DNA from: Dictyostelium discoideum
Taxonomy: Eukaryota
Assembly (NCBI GenBank): GCA_000004695.1
Contig: CM000153.2
Location: forward strand, 3,648,001 to 3,712,000
Direction: 5' to 3'
DNA: 64,000 nucleotides
The translations under genes were made by a program, and so were the position numbers. Below the pieces are notes generated by a model. The model was not told the origin of the DNA and ran no database searches. It saw only the letters and a list, made by a program, of their open reading frames with translations. Of this stretch, positions 31,801-49,061 are shown one piece after another. The stretch's first letter is position 1, and every line of letters starts with the position of its first letter.

Positions 31801-32821
31801 AAATCGAATGGATTCTCGGTGAATCTCATCATTGTAAATGATTTATATCTATTTCTTTGAATTGATAATATATTATTATTATTATTTATATCCTCATTCT
31901 TTGATTTTGAAATTGTTTGTTGTTGCTGTTGTTGCTGTTGTTGTTGCTGCTGTTGAATATCTATATCTGGTACAGTTGTTGGTAATATCGGTATTTGTGG
32001 TGGTGGCGTTGTTAATGTTGTATTTGTTGTATTTGTTGGTGTTGTTTGTACATTTGTGTTATTGGTGGTTGTAGTAGTGGTAGTGGTAGTGGTAGTGGCA
32101 GTGGTGGTAGTAGTGGTGTTAGTAGTATTTTCAGGTTGTAGAGCAGTTGGAGTGACTACTTGAGGTCTATTATATAAATAAGAAACTTTTATTTTCTTTT
32201 TATTGGTATTACTATTACTACTACTACTACTACTACTATTATTATTATTATTATTATCTGGTATCTTTTCTTTATTTAATAAATTATTATCACCATTATT
32301 ATCATTATCTTTTTTATCATTAAAACCTTTTGGTATCATCGAATAAGCATTATCACCTAAAAGTGTATTAATTTGAAAAGGTAATTTTGAAAAATGACCG
32401 TGTTGTATCGCTAAATCCCTATAACTTGAGAAAATTGATTTTATATGATCAGATTGTATATGTTTATATTTTTCATTCTAAAATTAAAAAAATTAAAAAT
32501 ATATATATTAATAATCTTTGCTACATACTATATTTAGTTAAAAGTTTTAAAAAAAAAACTTACTAATTCATTTGATGTAAAATTTTCTTGTTGGCCTAAC
32601 CAATTCACTTTTTTTGGTAAAAGGTCATTTTTATTAAAATCTTGAAATAATGATGTTACTAAATTCTTATCGATACCATTTTGACTATTTAACCATCTAT
32701 AAACTAAATAATTTATTTCCCTATTTATATTATTGTCATCACATTGGTCTATTTCTTTATTATATATTTCTTTTTCATATTCTTTCCTTTTATCTAATAT
32801 TTTATTCTCTGTATTCTCCAT
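26059..32821 (-). CDS. Bromodomain and WD-repeat protein (BRWD1/PHIP/WDR9 ortholog). At least 3 exons: 32564..32821, about 31697..32477 and 26059..31623.
   Basis: The N-terminus EINYLVYRWLNSQNGIDKNLVTSLFQDF...LLPKKVNWLGQQ matches the BRWD N-terminal region. Donor GTAAGT at about 32563. WD repeats (...[35 protein letters not shown]...NVIRIWNL..., ...DGTVIIWRH...). A bromodomain (FVPHPMDISTIIKRLESSYYRSLDAIYFDAKLIMIDAYVYN). Long poly-N/Q/D/S low-complexity stretches. The exon-2 donor (AAAAAT|GTATGT) position is ±2 nt. Confidence 0.8.
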
Positions 32822-33492
32822 TATTTCTTTAATTTATTGGAAAAATATTTATATTGATAGATTTAATTGTTTTTATTATTGTTATTATTATTATTATTAA
32901 TTTTATTATTGTTATTTTTAATATGGTATTTTTTTTTTTTTTTTTTTTTTATCTGTTTTTATTTTTATGTTTTTGTGGGGAAAAGAAGGAGAGTGGGTTG
33001 TAAATTAATTGATTTTTTTAATTTTTCATGAGATATTTATAGTTTTTTAAAAAAAAAAAAAAAAATAAAAAAACTATAATTTTTTTGAATTATTTAAATA
33101 ATATTAATGATACAATATTAATATTAGTTTGGATTTTATAATATATATAAATATATATATATTATAGTATATATATATTTATATATTGTGTGAACTATAC
33201 AATTATTTGTGGTGAAAAGTGTAATTTTTTTTTTGGGAGGAAAAAATTTAAAATTAAAAAAAAAAAAATTAAAAAAAAAAAAAAAAAAAAAATTTTTTTA
33301 ATTTATTTTAAAAATTTAAGCGTGCGCGCCAAAACCGTTATTTGTTTTTAAAAAGTGAATAAAAAAAAATTTTTTTTTTTATGAAAATTTTTTTTTTTCT
33401 CCAATTATTTTTTTAAATTATAAAGCAACTTTTATATTCCATAGTTTTGTTAAAACTAAAAAAAAAAAAAAAAAAATCAAAATCAAAATCTA

Positions 33493-34165
33493 ATGACGAC
33501 TTCAAAGAGATCCTTAAAAAGGTCTCTTGAAACTAATGACGATTCTGATTCTGATAATAATAATTTATTAAGTCACTTATTAGAATTGCAATATGATAAT
33601 ATTAAAATAAACGAAAATTGTAATAACAATAATAATAATAATAATAATAATAAAATTAAATATTCTAGCCAAAATGAGGAAAATGGAAATGAAAATGAAA
33701 ATGAAAATAAAAATGAAAATGATAGGTACCAAAAAAAGAGAAAAATTATAAATTCACCACCAAAACCAAATTTTGAGCAACAACAAGCACCACCACAATC
33801 AAATATCCCATTTAGTACACCTAAGAAATTGGAAAATTCAAATAGTTATTTTAAAAGTTTTACACCATTTAAATCAAGGTTTTCAATATTACCAAATGGC
33901 AATAATTTTGGTGGTAATAATAATAATAATAATAATAATACCAACACCAATGGTAATAACAATAATAATAATGAAAATAATAATAATTTAATTCTAAAAA
34001 GTTCAAGTAAAAAATCAATTAAAACTCAAATTGAAAACGTTTATATCCCAGAATCACCATTTAATATAAAACTTAAAACTAATAAAATCATACCATTAAA
34101 ATCACTATCTCAATCACAACAAAATGTTTCAAACAGTCCAATTAAATCATCGAAAATACCTAATA

Positions 34166-34197
<32 letters not shown>

Positions 34198-34336
34198 GAT
34201 AACGATGAAGAAGATATTGATAAAAAATATTTCACAGAAAGTGATATGAAAGATGCAACTAATTTCTTAAATACTGAAATTTATAATACAACAATTAAAT
34301 TTAATATTAATAATAATGATACTGATAATAGTAGTA

Positions 34337-34371
<35 letters not shown>

Positions 34372-35887
34372 AATGGATTAATTGATAATCCATCAGCATT
34401 AAAACAACAAATGTATCATGGTAAACCTCAATTAATTATATTAAAACCTCCCGAGAATGAAAATGAAAATGAAAATGAAAATAATGAAAAAAGTATACCA
34501 TTTATTCCATTTGATTTAAGTTTAAAATCAACTATTCAATTTGTATCATCTACTTCATTCGATTGGTGCAGTAGATCTTTTTCAACATCATCAGTTTGTT
34601 CAACTTCATTATCATTATTTCAAAGTGAAATAGTATCAACATCAACAGCAACAGCAACAGCAACAACAACAACAACAAATAATAATAAAAAATTAGAAAT
34701 AGAATCATCAATTGATAAAGAGAATTCATTTATTAAATCATTAATGTATTATTCACATCCACAATCGATTCAATTACCATGGGATATCAATATACCAGTA
34801 TTTCAACATGAAGAATTTAAACATCAATGGATGAAACAACGTTGGTTAAGTTGGTATGAATCTTTTAATTCAATATATTCAAATTTTAGAGATGGTCAAA
34901 TTAATTATTTTTACCTTTTAAATGGTTTAGAATTTTCAATTTTATTTTTATCTGATCAATTAGATAATAATGATAATAATAATAATAAAAAACAACAAAA
35001 AGTAATAATGAATTCATCAACACCACGTATTCGTTCAATGCTAACAAGAGAGAATATTAATTGGCAAACTCCATTTATTAATTCTCAATTATATAACTCA
35101 ACTGATAGTGGTGGTGGTAGTGGTGGTGGTAGTGAAAAGAATGAAAATGGTAATTTGAAAATCACAAAAAAAACAATTGATCCAGCTTATTATCAAACAT
35201 CTTTATCATCATCACAATTAGTAATTCAAGGTAGTGATCAAATTGATAAATTTTTTAAACTTTTAAAAAAGAAATTAATTTGGTCAAATGATTTATCACA
35301 AATTAAACAGCAGCAGCAACAACAACAGCAACAACAACAACAACAAAATGGTTTAAACAATTCTAATAGTAGTACAAATTCAACTAGCAGTATGAATAGT
35401 TCACAATCATCACTTAGTAATACAATGTTATTATCATCATCAGCTCAAAATTTAAATAAGGTTATGTTCACTCCAAAGAAATCAAGATCAATGGATAATG
35501 TATTTACAAATGTAAATTCTCAACAACAACATCAACAACATCAACAACAGGCTCAAGATGATTTAGATGAATTTGGTGAAAATGTAATGATATTATGTAA
35601 AGATGTACCACAACTTTTAAGTAAACAGTGTTTTATTGGTTCAACTATTCAAATTAATAAAATTATATCATGTGGTCCATTCACTAAATCATTTCAAACT
35701 TCAAAAACTCAATTAGAAACTGCATTTAGAATTGAAATTGAAGGTCCAATCTTACCAGATACCTCCTATGATCTAATTAAGTTATTTTCTTTACATTTTA
35801 ATGATTTTCAATGTAAACAAAATTCTTTACCAATTACATATGGTTTTAATTATTCAAATAATAATAATAAAAATAATGATGAAAAAA

Positions 35888-35920
<33 letters not shown>

Positions 35921-36021
35921 TGAATGAAAAAATGGAAAAATCTTCAAAATTATTAGAAAGAAATGTAATTGAAAAAATTGATTTTATAAATAAAACCTTC
36001 CAAATTACACCTATTGGGTAA
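33493..36021 (+). CDS. Hypothetical Asn/Gln/Ser-rich protein (842 aa), single exon, no recognisable domain
   Basis: Long ORF with typical Dictyostelium codon bias. A/T-rich AAAATG-like start context (tctaATGacg). Contains poly-N, poly-Q and (NENE)n tracts. Confidence 0.5.
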
Positions 36022-36226
36022 ATTAAAACATAATTAATTGATGACTTTTTTTTATTTTTTTTATTTTTTTTTTATTTTTTTTTTTTTAAGCAAATCTTTT
36101 TTAATTTTTTATTTTTTATTTTTATATTTAATTTTTTATTTTTTATTTTATTTTTGCAATTATTATTATAAATAATATTATTTATTTATTGCTTTTCGAT
36201 ATCATTTTATTGTAATTAAAAAACTA

Positions 36227-36279
<53 letters not shown>

Positions 36280-36633
36280 TGTATTAAACCACACGAATTT
36301 ATGTATAATTATACTTGCCGCTTTGTAAAATTTTCATATTGTTTAATAGTGTGTATTAAAAAATATTAAAATTAATAATATTTTAAAAAGGTAAAATGTC
36401 TCTTTTATAAAACACACCATTTTATCATAATTTGGTGTTTTACTCCCATAAAATAATAATTTTTTGTGTGTGTGGGTTTATACGTATATGGTGTTGCGTT
36501 TAAATAAAATAAAAAATAAAAAAAAAAAAAAAAAAATAAAAAAAATAAAAAAAATTAAAATAAAAAAAAAAAAAAAATAAAAAAATTATGTGTGTAAAAT
36601 AAGCTTCTAGATGCTCTTTGTTACTAATTAATT

Positions 36634-36664
<31 letters not shown>

Positions 36665-36830
36665 CTAAATTTTGAAATTTCCAACTTGAAATGGAATATA
36701 AATTAAAATTTTTTATTTTATTTTTTTTAATTTTTATATAATATTAATTTTAAAACAATACAACAAATATATTCTCTATATTTTTTTTTAGTGTTTATAA
36801 AACATTCATAATAGAAATAAAGAAATCAAA

Positions 36831-37211
36831 ATGTCTTTTTCAAATGTAGGTTTTTAAAATAATTTATATTTTTCTTTTTTAGAAATAAAATTATTAAAAT
36901 ATTAATTATTTTTTTTTTATTATTTTATATTTTATATATAAAAAAAAAAAAAAAAAAAAAATTATTATTAATATTCTCAGAGTTTAGCTAGATTTGCAAT
37001 CATTTCAAAAAATAGTGGATCAAATGCAAAATATTTACAATACTATCCAGTACACAAATTTAATAAAATGCAATACAATGAAAAGCAACAACATATGAAA
37101 TTCCAAAAAATTTCAAACCCAGCTCCTCCTCAATCCAAATTTAATAAACAAAACACAAATAGCACTCATTTAAATACAAACTCTAATTACTTAGTTGTTG
37201 ACGATGCTTAA
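36831..37211 (+). CDS. Possible small 2-exon gene (about 81 aa): exons 36831..36845 and 36981..37211
   Basis: aaaATG start. MSFSN|GTAGGT...TTCTCAG|SLARFAIISKNSGSNAKYLQYYPVHKFNKMQYNEKQQHMKFQKISNPAPPQSKF...VVDDA*. Non-canonical-looking GTAGGT donor. No homology recognised. Confidence 0.3.
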
Positions 37212-37967
37212 AACATAAAAAATTATATTAAACAATTATATTTTATATTTTCGATTTTAAAAAATAATAAAAATAAAAATAAAAAAAAAAAAAATAAAAA
37301 AATAAAAAAATAAAATAATAATAATATATAATAAAATAATTTTTTTTAAATAAATAGATTTGCATCTATTTATTTTTAATTTAATCAACAAAAAAAAATA
37401 AAAATAAAAAAAAAAAGGTTATTTCAAAATAAAAAAAAAAAGTAAATTATTTTCACAACTATTTTTAAGTATACTATGAGGTTTAAATATTTTTTTTTTT
37501 TAAAATTTGATAGATTATTAAATTGTTTGTAAGAAACCCAATTTATTTTTATTAAATTTCTTGCTTTGGTTTTATTTTAAAAATTATAAAAAAAAAAAAA
37601 CAAACACAACTCCTCCCTAAAAAAAAATTATTAGAAAAAAAAAAAATAATAAAAAAAATTATTTGTTTTGGAATCCATGAGGAAAAATAAAATTTACAAA
37701 ACAATTTACAAACTTGTAAAAGAGTGGTGTGTGTGTGTGAATGTCAAATAAAGAGGTATGAATGTGTTTTTAACCCATTTACAAATTTTCTTTTTTTTTT
37801 AATTAATTTAATTATGAGTAAACATTTGCTATTTGTAAAAAATAAATTCCATTTTGGTTTATTTTATTTTTATATTTTTTTTATTATTTAATATTTTTTT
37901 ATTTTTTATTTTTTATTTTTTATTTTTTATTTAAATAACAAATAATAAGACCATTAAAATATCTTTA

Positions 37968-38002
<35 letters not shown>

Positions 38003-38006
<4 letters not shown>

Positions 38007-38739
38007 AATATAAAATTAAATTATTTTTATCATTTTTAATTATAAGATCAATCTTTGGGGAAGAAGTTAGACAATTATCATTTTTAAATGGAAATTGTGA
38101 TGGTATTCCATATGCTACGTATGCCAATACATTATGCTATCCAGACACATTTGCAATTGTAAATGAAAGTACAATTAAATTAAGAAATTCAAATGGTTTA
38201 CAAGATTGTAAAGTTGATACCACTAATTACAATGAACAACAACAAAGTGGTGATATTCATAATTTATATCAATGTACTGTTTTATCAGATTCTTATGAAA
38301 ATAGTATCAGTGAAAATTATGATACAATTATAGATAAAAAAACAATTATTAATAATGATGATGATTCATCATCACATCATCATCATATGAAATTCCATCA
38401 TTTTCATATTTATTCACCTATACTAAATCAAGATTACCATTAATGGTAAATGGATATTGTAATCAAATTAAATTATATAATTGTGAAAATTATCAAATTT
38501 ATTCATTTAAAAATGATAGTTGTTTCTCAAATACTGATTCATTTAGTTCATATTCATATTATAAACAAATGTGTAGAGGTGATTCAATTTTAACTTTTAA
38601 ATGTGAAGAATGTTCTTCAAATTCTTTAGAAACTTGTATACTTGATAATACTGAACCTTCAAATTTATCAGAATGTCCAAATATTAAATATACAACAATT
38701 GAAAAACTTTTAAAAGAAATTAAAAATAACAATAAATAA
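38003..38739 (+). CDS. Secreted Cys-rich protein encoded as two abutting ORFs (38003..38443 and 38443..38739) joined at a TAATG overlap. Either a frameshifted pseudogene, a sequencing error or an unrecognised short intron.
   Basis: ORF A has the signal peptide MEYKIKLFLSFLIIRSIFG and Cys residues. ORF B (MVNGYCNQIKLYNCENYQIY...) continues with a similar Cys spacing. The stop of A overlaps the ATG of B (ccatTAATGgtaaatgg). Confidence 0.4.
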
Positions 38740-38829
38740 ATAAATAAATAAAATAAAAAGAGATAATTTCATTTTTAAAAATTATTATTTTATTTTTATT
38801 TATTTTATATTTTTATATATAGTAATATT

Positions 38830-38854
<25 letters not shown>

Positions 38855-38860
<6 letters not shown>

Positions 38861-39620
38861 ATTTGGCTTTCCAAAGAAAGTTTGTCTTGGATTATAAGAA
38901 GCAACAATGATGAAAGCGATGAATGGACAAACTAACATTGCATAAAATGCACACCAAAATCCTTTGAAAATGCAAAATGTCCATTTTATTAACATACCTT
39001 CTGAACCTACTGCAACATATATTAAAATTAAACTAATTGGTCCTGCTAAAATAAATCCAACACAACCTAAAATAACTGATCTCTTTAAAACTGATTTCCA
39101 ATAAATACCTATATTTGGAGAGAGAGGAGAAAAGAAAAAAAAAAAAAAAAAGTATTATTAATAATTTTTAAAATTGGATTTCAGAGAAGAGATAAATAAA
39201 ATAATAAATACCAGTTGGAACTCTTCTTATTAATGGATGATTTAACCAACGTTCGTCGATTGGTTGAATCATTTTACCTTTTCTAAGGTCTAAAGTTACC
39301 ATAAATGAACCTGCAATATTCGAAAGGAATGGTAATACAAAACATGTTACTGTGATATCTGTGAAAAGACATTCTGTGAATTTTCCACTATAAGTAATCC
39401 AATAATTTTCGGTTTTTGGATACATTAACCATGTAAGGAAAAAATTTAAAACAAAATTCAATACAAAATTTGCAATTGCTTGATTTACAATAAAATAAAA
39501 CCATTGTTTTCTTGTAAATGGTATTCTATGTGTTGCCCAACCATATTTTGATTTTGGATATTCTTCGAAATCTTCTTCCAACTCGAAATGAACTGGTTCA
39601 TCTTGACTAACTAAAATCAT
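38855..39620 (-). CDS. Multi-pass membrane protein of unknown family (about 220 aa). Exons 39212..39620 and 38855..39108.
   Basis: MILVSQDEPVHFELEEDFEEYPKSKYGWATHRIPFTRKQWFYFIVNQAIANFVLNFVLNFFLTWLMYP... The donor is ACTG|GTATTTATT and the acceptor AAATATAG|GTATTTATTGG, in phase 1. Four or five predicted TM segments. C-terminus ...SYNPRQTFFGKPN*. Confidence 0.6.
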
Positions 39621-40402
39621 ACTAATTTTATATATATATATTATTTTATTTATGCGTGTGTGTGTATTATTATTGTTATGGTATTACTTTTTTATTATTA
39701 TTATTATTACTATTATTATTTTATATGGCTATAATGTTATAGTTTTATTTATATTTATATATATATTATATTAAATAAATGAGTCGTTTTGAATTATATA
39801 AAAATTTTTTTTTTTTTTTTTTTTTTTATATACTGTTTTTATTATTTTATTTTTTTTATTTTATTTTTCAAAAAATAAATATTATATTATTATTTTTTTT
39901 TTTTTTTTCAATTTTTATAAAATTTTAAATGTTTTTTTTAAAATATATATATTTTGTATTGTTACTTTATTTATTATTTTTAAAAGATATTTTTTTATTT
40001 TTTTTTTTTTGTGGGGGGTGTTTTTTTTTTTTTCTTTATATGTTTTTGTGCATACAGTTCATAAAAAAAATGAAAATTGACTTGAAAAATTATTTTCATT
40101 TTTTTTAATTTTTTTTTAATTTTTTTTATTTTATTTTTTTTTATTTTTTTTTTTTATTTTTTTTTTTTTTTATAAAAATCTGTGTGTTTTTACAACCCTG
40201 TATTTAATTTTTTTTTTTTTTAAAAAACAAAATTAAAAAAATAAAAAAAATAAAGATATACGTATATCTGTGTGTGTGGTAATTTTTCGATTTGTTAATT
40301 TTAAAAAATAAAACAAAATTAAATTAAATTAAAATAAAATTAAATTAAAATAAAATAAAAATAAAAATAAAATAAAAATAAAAATAAAAATAAAATAAAG
40401 CA

Positions 40403-42416
40403 ATGGATGAGGCTGATGGAATTATCTTAATTACACTCAAAGATTTAGGATGGTAAATATCCTCACTTTTTCTTTATATATTAATCAATAATAAATTAAC
40501 TAATAATTTCTATTAATTTTTATTTTATTTTATTTTAAAATTTATTTAATAGTGAAATTGAAGAAAATGAAACAATTAAAAATTTTGATTCAGAGATGGT
40601 ATATAAATGTATTTTAGCATATTTAAGAGTTATTAATGAACAAAAAGTTATAAATTTAACCAATACATTACCAAAGAATATGTCAGCACGTGTTAATGCA
40701 TGTTCATTGATTGCCAATATTATAAAAGATAGTGGATATAGATCAGAGTTGTCATATCATAATTTATTATATCCAAATGTTAATGATATTAGAAAGATCT
40801 TTATATTTTTAGGACAATTATTACCAAAGAAGGAAGTTGAAAGTGGTGGTGTTAGCATTCAAAAATTGGAAGACCAAATATGTCAATATCTTCAAGGATG
40901 CGTTAAAGAATCATGGATACCTTATTTTTGTCCATTTTCAAAACGTATACCAGGTAATTACTCAACAGCAACTCTATTCACAACCACAGGTGGTAATCTT
41001 AGAATTCCATCACGTGGTCGTCAATTAAAGGTGACACCTGGATTGGAGCAATACTATAGCCAATATTTAGAACCATTAACATTACAAACCAATCGTTTCG
41101 AAGATATTGCACCATCAGTTTTCGAATATAATCTATCGATTTATGCAGAAGCACAAGAACGTGATAATGAATGGAATGATAAAGGTGTAAGCTCTGGTAT
41201 GAATCCAATTGATTATCGTAAGAATAAACAAAAACAAGTTTTATCAAAAATGAATGATTCAATTCGTCAATCCATCATTGATGGTGGAAATAATCAAATT
41301 AGTAGTAATTGTAATAGTGGTGATAGTTTTCTTGATATTATCTCTGAATTTCGTGGTAATTCATTAGATGTTGGTGGTCAATTTAATAGAAAGAAAGCAT
41401 TTACAAATGAATTAAATAATAATAATAATAATAATAATGATAGCACTACCAACACCAATAAAGTTGAGACAGAAATCGAAACAGAAGAACAAAGACAATT
41501 AAAACGTCAAGCTGAAATTGATGCATTACAATCACAAATTGATGAAATTTCAGAATCAATTCAATTACATAATAAAGAGATGTTAGATTTCTTATCATTG
41601 ATGCGTCAATCAGAGAGTGAAAATCTTGAACAAGATCAACAACGTGAAGTATTGGAGAAACAATATAAAATCAAAAAGAAGACATTCTCATTATTGGATG
41701 ATGCAGAGGGTAACATGAAAGAACTTCAATCACTTTGTAATCAAACCTCATCCAATCTATTGGAAATGTCTGGTGAATGGGAGAAGGTTCGTAAACCAAT
41801 CATTGAGAAATACCGTTCACTAAAGGATAAACAAAATAATCAAGCAGATGAAACTAAATCCAAATTGGATCGTATTAAAGAGATGAGAATATTGATAAAG
41901 AAATTGGTTAGTGAAGTCCAACAAAAGGATGACCAATTCCAACAGTTACAAGATCAATATAAACAAGCTCCAAAAGATTCAAATCGTTCACAATATACTC
42001 GTCGTATATTGGAAACTGTGAAAAATATAAAGAAACAAAAAGTTGATATCGATAAAGTACTATTGGATACTAAAAACTTACAAAAGGAAATCAATACCAT
42101 CACAGATACCGCCGTTCGTACCTTTGAATTGGTTAAAGATTTACTCTACAATGATGCTAAAAAGGATCAAACCGCCAAACAAGCCATTAAATCATTTGCC
42201 ATCATTGATGATAAATTCCAAAAACTCTTTAAAACTATCGATGAAACTGGTAACTTTCAAAATAATATTCTCAATCTTAATTCAAAGATTGAACATGTAT
42301 CTCAAAAAACAAATACTCTTAATTCTGATCGTGTAGTTCAAGATCTTAAAAATATTAAATCTGAAAATCAATCTTTAATTAAACAAATTAAAACTTTAAT
42401 AGAAACTAAAAATTAA
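40403..42416 (+). CDS. CCDC22 (coiled-coil domain-containing protein 22, CCC/Commander complex) ortholog. Exons 40403..40452 and 40553..42416 (about 637 aa).
   Basis: Exon 1 MDEADGIILITLKDLGC (cf. human MEEADRILIHSLRQAG), donor TG|GTAAAT. In exon 2, ...AYLRVINEQ...PKNMSARVNACSLIANIIKDSGYRSELSYHNLLYPNVNDIRKIFIFLGQLLP closely parallels the human CCDC22 N-terminal domain. The C-terminal half is coiled-coil rich. Confidence 0.8.
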
Positions 42417-42561
42417 AAAAAAAAAAAAAATATATTTATAAATATTTAAATAAAATGGTAATAATAATAATAATAATAAATCTAAATTCGAAGATAAATA
42501 TTGTTTTATTTAAAATTAATTTTTTTTTTTTTTGATCAAAAATTTTCATTTCTCTCTATGG

Positions 42562-42596
<35 letters not shown>

Positions 42597-42695
42597 TAGA
42601 TTTTTTTTTATATATTTTTGAATATAATTTTTATGACAACAACAATCCAACGATTACAAAAAAAACCTTTTTTTTTTTTTTTTTTTTCAAAGTTT

Positions 42696-42734
<39 letters not shown>

Positions 42735-43005
42735 GTTTAATTTTTTTTGGTGGTTTGAAAACTAAAAAGAATTTACTTTTTTTTTTTTTATTTTTATTTT
42801 TATTTTTGTTTTTATTTTTTTTTTTTTTTTATTTTTTTTTTATTTTTATTTTTATTTTTATTTTAATTTTTTTTTTTTTTTTTCAAATCATTATCTTCAC
42901 ACACCCACACACACAAACAAAAATAAAAAAAATAAAAAAAAGATATATGACATTATAATGAAAATATTTTAGGTTTTAAAAAAAATTTATACATTCTCAG
43001 AAAAT

Positions 43006-43036
<31 letters not shown>

Positions 43037-43116
43037 AATTTATTAAACTAAAACAAAAACAAAAAAAAAAACAACCCCACGAATTTACTTTATTTAATAT
43101 ATACCAACTTTAAAAA

Positions 43117-47040
<3,924 letters not shown>

Positions 47041-47619
47041 AGATCTTTATCAAAATTTTACAATTATATTTATTACAAAATAATATTAAATTAAATAAAA
47101 AAAAATTAAATAATAAAATTAAATAAAAATAACAATTAATAATACAAACCAAATAAAAAAAAAAAAGATTAAAACTCTAATTTTTTTTTTTCTTTTTTTT
47201 TTTATTAATTATACAGGATATTTAAAAGTGACTTATTTTTTTATTTCTTCCCTTTATTATTTTTTTTTAGTCAAACCCTTTCAAATAAATAAAATAATAA
47301 ATTAATGGAAAGTCAATAGTTGGGGAAATGCATCTTTGGGTGTGGATTAGAAATTTAAATTAACAATGAAGTTAAAATAAATCAAAAATCCTAAAATAAT
47401 TTTAATAAATTTCTTACGAATTAAAAAAAGTATAAGTAAGACTATTAATTATTATTTATTCATTTTCTTATTTATTTTTTCAAAAAATGTTGATATAATA
47501 TTAGATTATTAAGTTTTTTTGTTTTTTCATATATTAAAAAAAATAATAATTTTTAGATTGTTTTTTATAATAAAAATTTGAGCTTTATTTAAATTTAAAA
47601 ATTTAATTGTAAAAAAAAA

Positions 47620-48444
47620 TTAAGCAGTAGCGTTTAAGTTGAAGATGAAAGAGGTATTATCATCTTGAACAGTATCCATATTTGGTGGGAAAGTTTCTAC
47701 TGGTTTTCTAATTGAAACTTGACCAGTTGATGGATCATATTTGAAATAACAACTACCATTTGCAACCTAATTTTTAAAATAAGAATATTAATATTATTTT
47801 TTTTTATTTGTTTAATAAAATTTTTAAAAAAAAAAAAAAAAATTCTTACATATACACCGGTTCTAGTATCACGCACAGCAACTTGAGTAACAATTTCTGA
47901 ATCAGCTGGTGAGAGTTGTGGAATTGGCATTTGAACGAAATCATCTCCATCACGGCAAACAACTTGTGGGACACCAAATGGAATTAAGGTCATTTCATAT
48001 GATCCGACTGGTGTATTTGCAATATTATCAACAATCTTAACATCAACTGCCCATTGGAAATCACCTGGGATGACTTGGAACTTAGATAAACCATTAATTG
48101 AGGTTAAATCATTGTTGGTGCTACCTTGAGCTAATTGTTCATATTTACCTGGAGTTGGGGTATCTATAAAATTTTTTTTTTAAAATTAAATAATAAATAT
48201 AATAATAAATAATTTTGAAAAGAGAATATAAAGATAATTATGAAATCTTATTTTTCAACATACCAATTTCATTGTGTTCCCAAATGTTACATTTGACACT
48301 TGCACCGACAATACATGACATGAATTTATCATTCCATTCATCACCATAGTTGAATCTTACAGTTTCACCTTCATCATACTCGAATGATTCACCAGTGCAG
48401 TTTTTGCCAAAGAAGAATTTAACTTTTGTTGGAGCTACAGACAT
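47620..48444 (-). CDS. Paralog of DdCAD-1 (cad2/cad3-like Ca-dependent adhesion molecule). 3 exons: 48264..48444, 47856..48163 and 47620..47766 (211 aa).
   Basis: Exon 1 [60 protein letters not shown]. Exon 2 [103 protein letters not shown]. Exon 3 [48 protein letters not shown]. Intron positions and phases are identical to cadA. Confidence 0.85.
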
Positions 48445-49021
48445 TTTGAAATAATTTGTTTGAATTGATAAATTTGATTTGTATTGAAACTTAATGTTTA
48501 TTGATTTGATTTTAAAAAAAAAAAAAAAAGGTCCTTTTATAGTTTTTTTTTTTAAAATAAAAAATAATTATTATTTTATTTTTATTAATAAAATATAAAA
48601 AAAAAAAAGAAAATTTAATTTAAAAAAAAAGAAATTCAAATAATATTGTAAGATCTTTCTAAAAATTAGAATCTCTATTGGGGGAGTGATTGAATTTGTA
48701 CAAAAATAAAATTAATTAAACACCCAAAAATTATTTTAAATAAAAATCCCCCATAAAAATTGGTTTTATTTTATCCATTAGTGAATTTTAGTGCCCAATA
48801 AAATTTTAAACATTTATTTTTTAATTAAATTTTTTTTTTTTTGGTGTAAAAAAAAAAAAAAATTAAATCTGATTTTTTTTTTTTGTCCAATAAAAAAAAA
48901 AAAAAAAAATTTTTGCTCAATTATTAAAAAATCTATGAACGTAAAATGTTAAAAACATCCAAAAAATAAATTGATTGAAAATGGTTATCGGGGTAATTTT
49001 AGTTTGTTAATTAATTGGCCA

Positions 49022-49061
<40 letters not shown>

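Noticed and set aside
31647-32339. C-terminal tail of ORF 31647..32339 (…NVCIYYFLNFYLFLFLY) as coding sequence
   Set aside because: It is intron read-through after the AAAAAT|GTATGT donor of BRWD exon 2. The displayed bases near 31680 and the ORF-track translation disagree by one A, so coordinates here are ±1.
48238-48444. ORF-track extension …GMLKNKIS after NEI in the cad paralog (and …GKYL in cadA)
   Set aside because: It is intron read-through. The GTATGT/GTAAGT donors immediately follow NEI, and the next exon restores the DdCAD-1 alignment.
48745-48760. CCCCCATAA as a bona fide DUSE driving an ncRNA gene
   Set aside because: The match to [AT]CCCA[CT]AA is imperfect (preceded by C). No GC-richer ncRNA-like sequence is seen about 60 nt downstream on either strand. 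It is kept only as a low-confidence motif observation.
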